Below, piece after piece: positions 60,164-64,000 of a stretch of DNA of 64,000 bases (the first letter of the stretch is position 1; each line of letters starts with the position of its first letter). The position numbers and the translations under genes are program-made. The notes beneath the pieces are model-generated. The model had not been told where the DNA came from, made no database searches, and saw nothing but the letters and a program-made list of their open reading frames with translations. Origin of the DNA: an uncultured bacterium (lineage in GTDB: Bacteria > Vulcanimicrobiota > Xenobia > Xenobiales > Xenobiaceae); assembly GCA_934621605.1 (NCBI GenBank), contig CAKTUZ010000017.1, positions 1,572 to 65,571 on the forward strand, written 5' to 3'.

Positions 60164-61287
60164 TCGTCCTCACCGCCTTCCTCTATTTGAAGCGGATTGT
60201 GAACGCACGAGTGCACAATCTCAGTTTCAATCGATTCCGGGAACCTCGGAGCTGCTTCCTCCAACAGTATCCTGTCGAAGTCGCTTTGATACAGCCGATC
60301 CTGCACAATGCGATATTTTTCAAACTCGCTCAAGGCATGGCTTTTTGCCAGCTCTGCGGAGATTTTTCCGGCATCCTGCAACACATCTCTGTCCCAAACC
60401 TTCAAAAAACCATTCAGCCGTTCTTCCCAATCTGCCATTGTCATCGGAATGTGCCGCTCTGCCTGCGCTTCTGCCAGATCCAGATATGCCGAAACAATGC
60501 GTCCCAACTGGGAAAGCTCCTTTTCGGTCAAATAGTTTTTCGCTACCACAACATCATAGGCATGAATTTTACTTTTGGGCGAATCGTCCTATGTGGTAAG
60601 CCCCATGTGCTCCTTTTCCGCATTCGCCCGGTTATAGATAACCTCGGCTGCTGTTTGTCCATGAACACTATAATGCAATTTGTTTTGCACCGCTGCAAAA
60701 AAGCGTTTTGTAGCCGCTGCAGAAGGGTCGTAGTCCAAAGCTGTGGCATAAATATCGGTAATTTTCTGATAAAATTTTCTTTCTGAAAGACGAATCTCAC
60801 GGATTTTTTCCAGCTGCTTTTCAAAATATTCTTTTGTCAGCACCGTTCCGCTGTTTTTCAGACGGTCATCGTCCATAACCCAACCTTGAATGGTGTAATC
60901 TTTTACAATCTGGTTGGCCCATTTTCTAAACTGCACCGCTCGCTCGTTATTCACCTTGAAGCCAACTGAAATAATCGTTTGCAGATTATAATGATTTACT
61001 TCACGGGCAACCTGACGGGAACCTTCAGTTTGAACTATCCGATATTTTCGGATAGTTGCCGATTGCTCCAATTCTGAATCGGAATATATTTTTTTAATAT
61101 GGTAATTGATGGTTCGTACATCCACATCATACAAAGAAGCCATCATTTTTTGCGTCAGCCAGATATTTTCATCTTCGTAACGCATCTCTATGCTCTTTTC
61201 GTCTGCGCCTGTGGAGGCAACAAATGTCAGATACTCCGCAGCGGAGGAACGAACGATGCTGATTTCACGCTTGTCCTTCTTCATCAT
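60160..61287 (-). pseudogene. rhuM: rhuM-family gene interrupted by an in-frame TAG (60586-60588)
   Basis: The two ORFs 60589-61287 and 60160-60549 are in the same frame. The translation reads ...EHMGLTT-TAG-DDSPKSKIHAYDVVVAKNYLTEKEL. ATGA overlaps with both neighbours. Confidence 0.6.
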
Positions 61288-62853
61288 CCCACCTCAATTT
61301 CCGCAATAATTTTCGCAATTTCACTGCGCAGAATTTGTTGGCGGGCTACAATTTGTTCAATCTTGGCATTAAGCTCTGCAATGTCAATTTTTTCTCTGGT
61401 GTCCTTGGCTTCCACGTAGGTAGAGACGGAAAGATTATAATTGTTCTCCTCGATTTCTTCATAGTTTGCCAAATGGGAGAAGTGTGCTTCCTCAGTTCGC
61501 TTTGCAAAGGTATCGACGATTCTTTCTATATTCGCCCGGGTCAGCTTGTTATTATTCGTTACCTTAACGCACTCGGCGGAAGCATCAATAAACAGAGTCT
61601 TGTTATCGACTTTACTTTTCTTTAGCACCATAATGCAAGTAGCAATGGAAGTCCCGAAAAATAGGTTACTTGGCAGCTGAATGATACAGTCTACAAAATT
61701 GTTGTCAATCAGATACTTTCTTATTTTTTGTTCTGCACCGCCACGGTACATAATGCCGGGGAAGCAGACGATCGCCGCCGTGCCGTCTGTGGCCAGCCAC
61801 GAAAGGGAGTGCATGACAAAGGCAAGATCCGCTTTAGATTTCGGTGCAAGAACGCCAGCCGGAGAAAAACGGGGATCATTAATCAGTAAAGGATTATCAT
61901 CACCAGCCCACTTAATAGAATAAGGAGGATTGGAAACGATCAGTTCAAAGGGCTCATCATCCCAATGCTGCGGTGCGGTCAGTGTGTCCTCGCAAGCAAT
62001 GTTAAAATTATCAAACTCAATATCATGCAAGAACATATTGATACGACACAGGTTGTAAGTAGTAACATTTATTTCCTGTCCATAAAAGCCATTTCTGACC
62101 GCCTCTTTGCCGAGAACCTTTTCCGCTTTTAGAAGCAGAGAGCCGGATCCACAGGCAGGATCATAGACTTTATTGATTTCAGTTTTTCCCACCGTGCCAA
62201 GTCTGATCAGCAGCTCGGAAACGTCCGCAGGGGTAAAAAACTCGCCGCCGGATTTTCCTGCGCCGGATGCGTACATGGTCATTAGATATTCATAAGCATC
62301 GCCGAAGGCATCAATATCATGATCCTTCACATCGCCAAGGTTCATATTGGCTACGCCGTGCAAGAGCTTGACAAGGCGCTCATTTCTCTTTTCAACGGTA
62401 GAGCCGAGCTTGTTACTATTAACATCAAAATCATTGAAGAGTCCGGCAAAGTTGCTTTCGGAAGACGAGCCTCTTGCAGAGCTTTCGATATTGTTAAATA
62501 CACGCTCCAAGGTCTCGTTCAGATTTTCGTCATTATCAGATTGCTTGTTTCACATTACAGAAAAGCTCCGAAGGAAGAATAAAACAGCCTTTTTCTGTTA
62601 CCAAGTCCTCACGATTTTCTTCTCTTACCTCAGCATCGGATATTTTTGCATAGTCAAAGTCACAATTGCCACATTCACATTCATTAGCATTGATATAGTT
62701 AGTCAAATTTTCGGAGATATAGCGGTAAAACATAGTTCCAAGGACATAGTGCTTAAAATCCCAGCCGTCCACGGCGCCCCGAAGCTCATCAGCAATAGCC
62801 CATATCGCACGGTGAAGCTCATCACGCTCTTGCTCTTTCTTCGTATCAACCAT
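61284..62853 (-). pseudogene. hsdM: type I HsdM methyltransferase gene with +1 frameshift near 62535-62545 (HsdM_N ORF 62536-62853 and catalytic ORF 61284-62510)
   Basis: N-part ...[14 protein letters not shown]-stop. The adjacent frame continues [24 protein letters not shown]...NPPYSIKW. The two parts together equal a normal ~520-aa HsdM. Confidence 0.55.
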
Positions 62854-63071
62854 AACCCTCTATCTCCTTTTTTTGTTCCATATAAACTATCAATCACAAG
62901 ATAAACAGTCTCTTATGCCATACTGTCACAATATAGTTTTTCCTTCTTATTCTCAAAATAGTGCTTCACGCTAAGATAAAAATCAATTTTGGGCCTGCGC
63001 AACATTGTTGCACTTGCTGCGCCAACATACAGGCATAAACGAAAAAATATATCTTTTTTGCCTTTAGGGGC

Positions 63072-63100
63072 TTGACCAAAATAGAGGCTGGTGCTAGAAT
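63072..63100 (+). promoter_or_regulatory. sigma70-type promoter for the tRNA-Asn array
   Basis: TTGACC (63072-63077), a 17-nt spacer, and TAGAAT (63095-63100), located ~30 nt upstream of the first tRNA. Confidence 0.6.
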
Positions 63101-63132
63101 TCGCATGTTCCTTGAGAGAGGAGCATGGAGAT

Positions 63133-63207
63133 TCCGACATAGCTCAGCGGTAGAGCAATCGGCTGTTAACCGATCGGTCGTAGGTTCAAATCCTGCTGTC
63201 GGAGCCA
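63133..63207 (+). tRNA. tRNA-Asn (anticodon GTT), copy 1, CCA encoded
   Basis: Cloverleaf folded by hand: acceptor TCCGACA/TGTCGGA, D-arm GCTC-AGCGGTA-GAGC, anticodon stem ATCGG/CCGAT with loop CTGTTAA, T-arm GTAGG-TTCAAAT-CCTGC, discriminator G + CCA. Confidence 0.9.
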
Positions 63208-63216
63208 ACTTTATAT

Positions 63217-63291
63217 TCCGACATAGCTCAGCGGTAGAGCAATCGGCTGTTAACCGATCGGTCGTAGGTTCAAATCCTGCTGTCGGAGCCA
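63217..63291 (+). tRNA. tRNA-Asn (GTT), copy 2, identical
   Basis: Exact repeat of copy 1 with an 84-bp period. Confidence 0.9.
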
Positions 63292-63300
63292 ACTTTATAT

Positions 63301-63375
63301 TCCGACATAGCTCAGCGGTAGAGCAATCGGCTGTTAACCGATCGGTCGTAGGTTCAAATCCTGCTGTCGGAGCCA
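63301..63375 (+). tRNA. tRNA-Asn (GTT), copy 3, identical
   Basis: Exact repeat of copy 1 with an 84-bp period. Confidence 0.9.
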
Positions 63376-63405
63376 TTGCGTAAAAGAATAAATAAGGCAC
63401 AACGG

Positions 63406-63447
63406 GCATTCAATCTTTCGTAGGTTGGATGCTTTGTCTTTTTTTAT
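63406..63447 (+). terminator. rho-independent terminator after the tRNA array
   Basis: Stem GCATTCAATC / GGTTGGATGC (loop TTTCGTA) followed by TTTGTCTTTTTTT. Confidence 0.55.
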
Positions 63448-63577
63448 GTGTCATTTTTTATTCGTTTTTCACTTTGGTTGCTCCGGTATAAAAAGCCTCT
63501 CCTCTCAAGTAGCTTTCGGCAGGGATTGTGAGGCTATCAAAGAAATTTGCCTTTAAAATTTAGAGGTTTACGGTTTT

Positions 63578-63907
63578 TTGATTATGCTGAATAAAAAGTT
63601 TTTTCTCAGTTTGATATTAGCTGTAGCAGCTCTGTGTTTATGGGTTCTCCCCAGTCAGGCCGGTTTGCTCGACAGCATCACTTTGGAAAAGTTTACCGGA
63701 ACTTTGACAGAAGTTTCCAATATTTCGGTTAACGTAGTTAATTATGAACATCAAAAAGTGGTAACAGCTTTTGTTCCCGCCGAAGTAGGTTATAAGAACA
63801 AGCTTCAGCAAAGTTTCCGTCCCGGCGATAAAGTTCAAATTAAAGTTTCTCGCGATAAACAAAGTGGCCGCTATATCTTAGCTTCCATTAAGAAGTTAAG
63901 CAGATAA
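63578..63907 (+). CDS. small secreted hypothetical protein
   Basis: Signal peptide (FFLSLILAVAALCLWVLPSQA). 109 aa. Confidence 0.5.
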   Translation: MIMLNKKFFLSLILAVAALCLWVLPSQAGLLDSITLEKFTGTLTEVSNISVNVVNYEHQKVVTAFVPAEVGYKNKLQQSFRPGDKVQIKVSRDKQSGRYILASIKKLSR

Positions 63908-64000
63908 CCGAACATTGTTTTGCACATATCTTTAGCGAACGAAAGGTCTGAAGCTTGCCTCTCAGGCCTTTTTTCTTTTCACCAGTAGCAGTAGCTTTTT

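Noticed and set aside
60540-60600. rhuM split interpreted as a frameshift
   Set aside because: Both parts are in the same frame, so the lesion is a single in-frame TAG, not a frameshift. An alternative genetic code was considered and rejected because TAG, TGA and TAA all terminate neighbouring well-supported genes.
63005-63017. 13-bp inverted repeat GCAACA-T-TGTTGC between the hsdM start and the tRNA promoter
   Set aside because: It is short and has no associated regulator. Noted but not annotated as a feature.
63133-63375. Possible mini CRISPR array (75-nt repeats, 9-nt spacers)
   Set aside because: The repeats fold as canonical tRNA cloverleaves with a GTT anticodon and encoded CCA. The spacers are identical, and there are no cas genes.
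62966-63409. ORF-track ORFs 62966-63409(-) and 63072-63383(+) with internally repeated peptides
   Set aside because: They are translations across the three tandem tRNA-Asn genes; the protein repeats simply mirror the 84-bp tRNA period.

Overview
This is a bacterial chromosomal segment with the standard genetic code, compact genes, classical Shine-Dalgarno sites and rho-independent terminators. Most of it is housekeeping genes: an ABC exporter fragment, a DnaQ-BRCT exonuclease, trkH/trkA, an S46 dipeptidyl-peptidase, ruvB-ruvA followed by a GT2 plus GT-C-like glycosylation operon, an M42 peptidase, xseA-xseB-ispA with a degenerate dxs-like gene, ruvC, yebC, asnS, a class A PBP, nusB, prmC, prfA, rpmE, a eukaryotic-type pantothenate kinase, clpP, metK and others. 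Two accessory (defence) regions stand out. Region A (about 36.8-50 kb, immediately after clpP) holds a translationally coupled AAA ATPase + DUF4276 pair, an intact IS200/IS605 element (tnpA + RNA-guided tnpB), a complete type I R-M operon hsdM-hsdS-X-hsdR in which X is a fused ABC-ATPase/Toprim (OLD/PARIS-like) nuclease gene in the slot PrrC occupies in the E. coli prr locus, and a class II Fic gene with a palindromic operator. The HsdS of this operon has two near-identical target-recognition domains (TRDs). Region B (56.4-62.9 kb) is a type IC-like R-M locus hsdM-rhuM-hsdS-hsdR. Its half-size HsdS ends in a 12-bp x3 tandem repeat encoding TAEL repeats. Its hsdM carries a +1 frameshift and its rhuM an in-frame TAG. 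It abuts three tandem identical tRNA-Asn(GTT) genes driven by a near-consensus sigma70 promoter. The candidate novel system is the OLD-like ATPase-Toprim gene embedded in the type I R-M operon, together with the separate split ATPase+DUF4276 module, both consistent with restriction-guard abortive-infection logic. All calls are from reading the sequence and motifs; no database searches were run.
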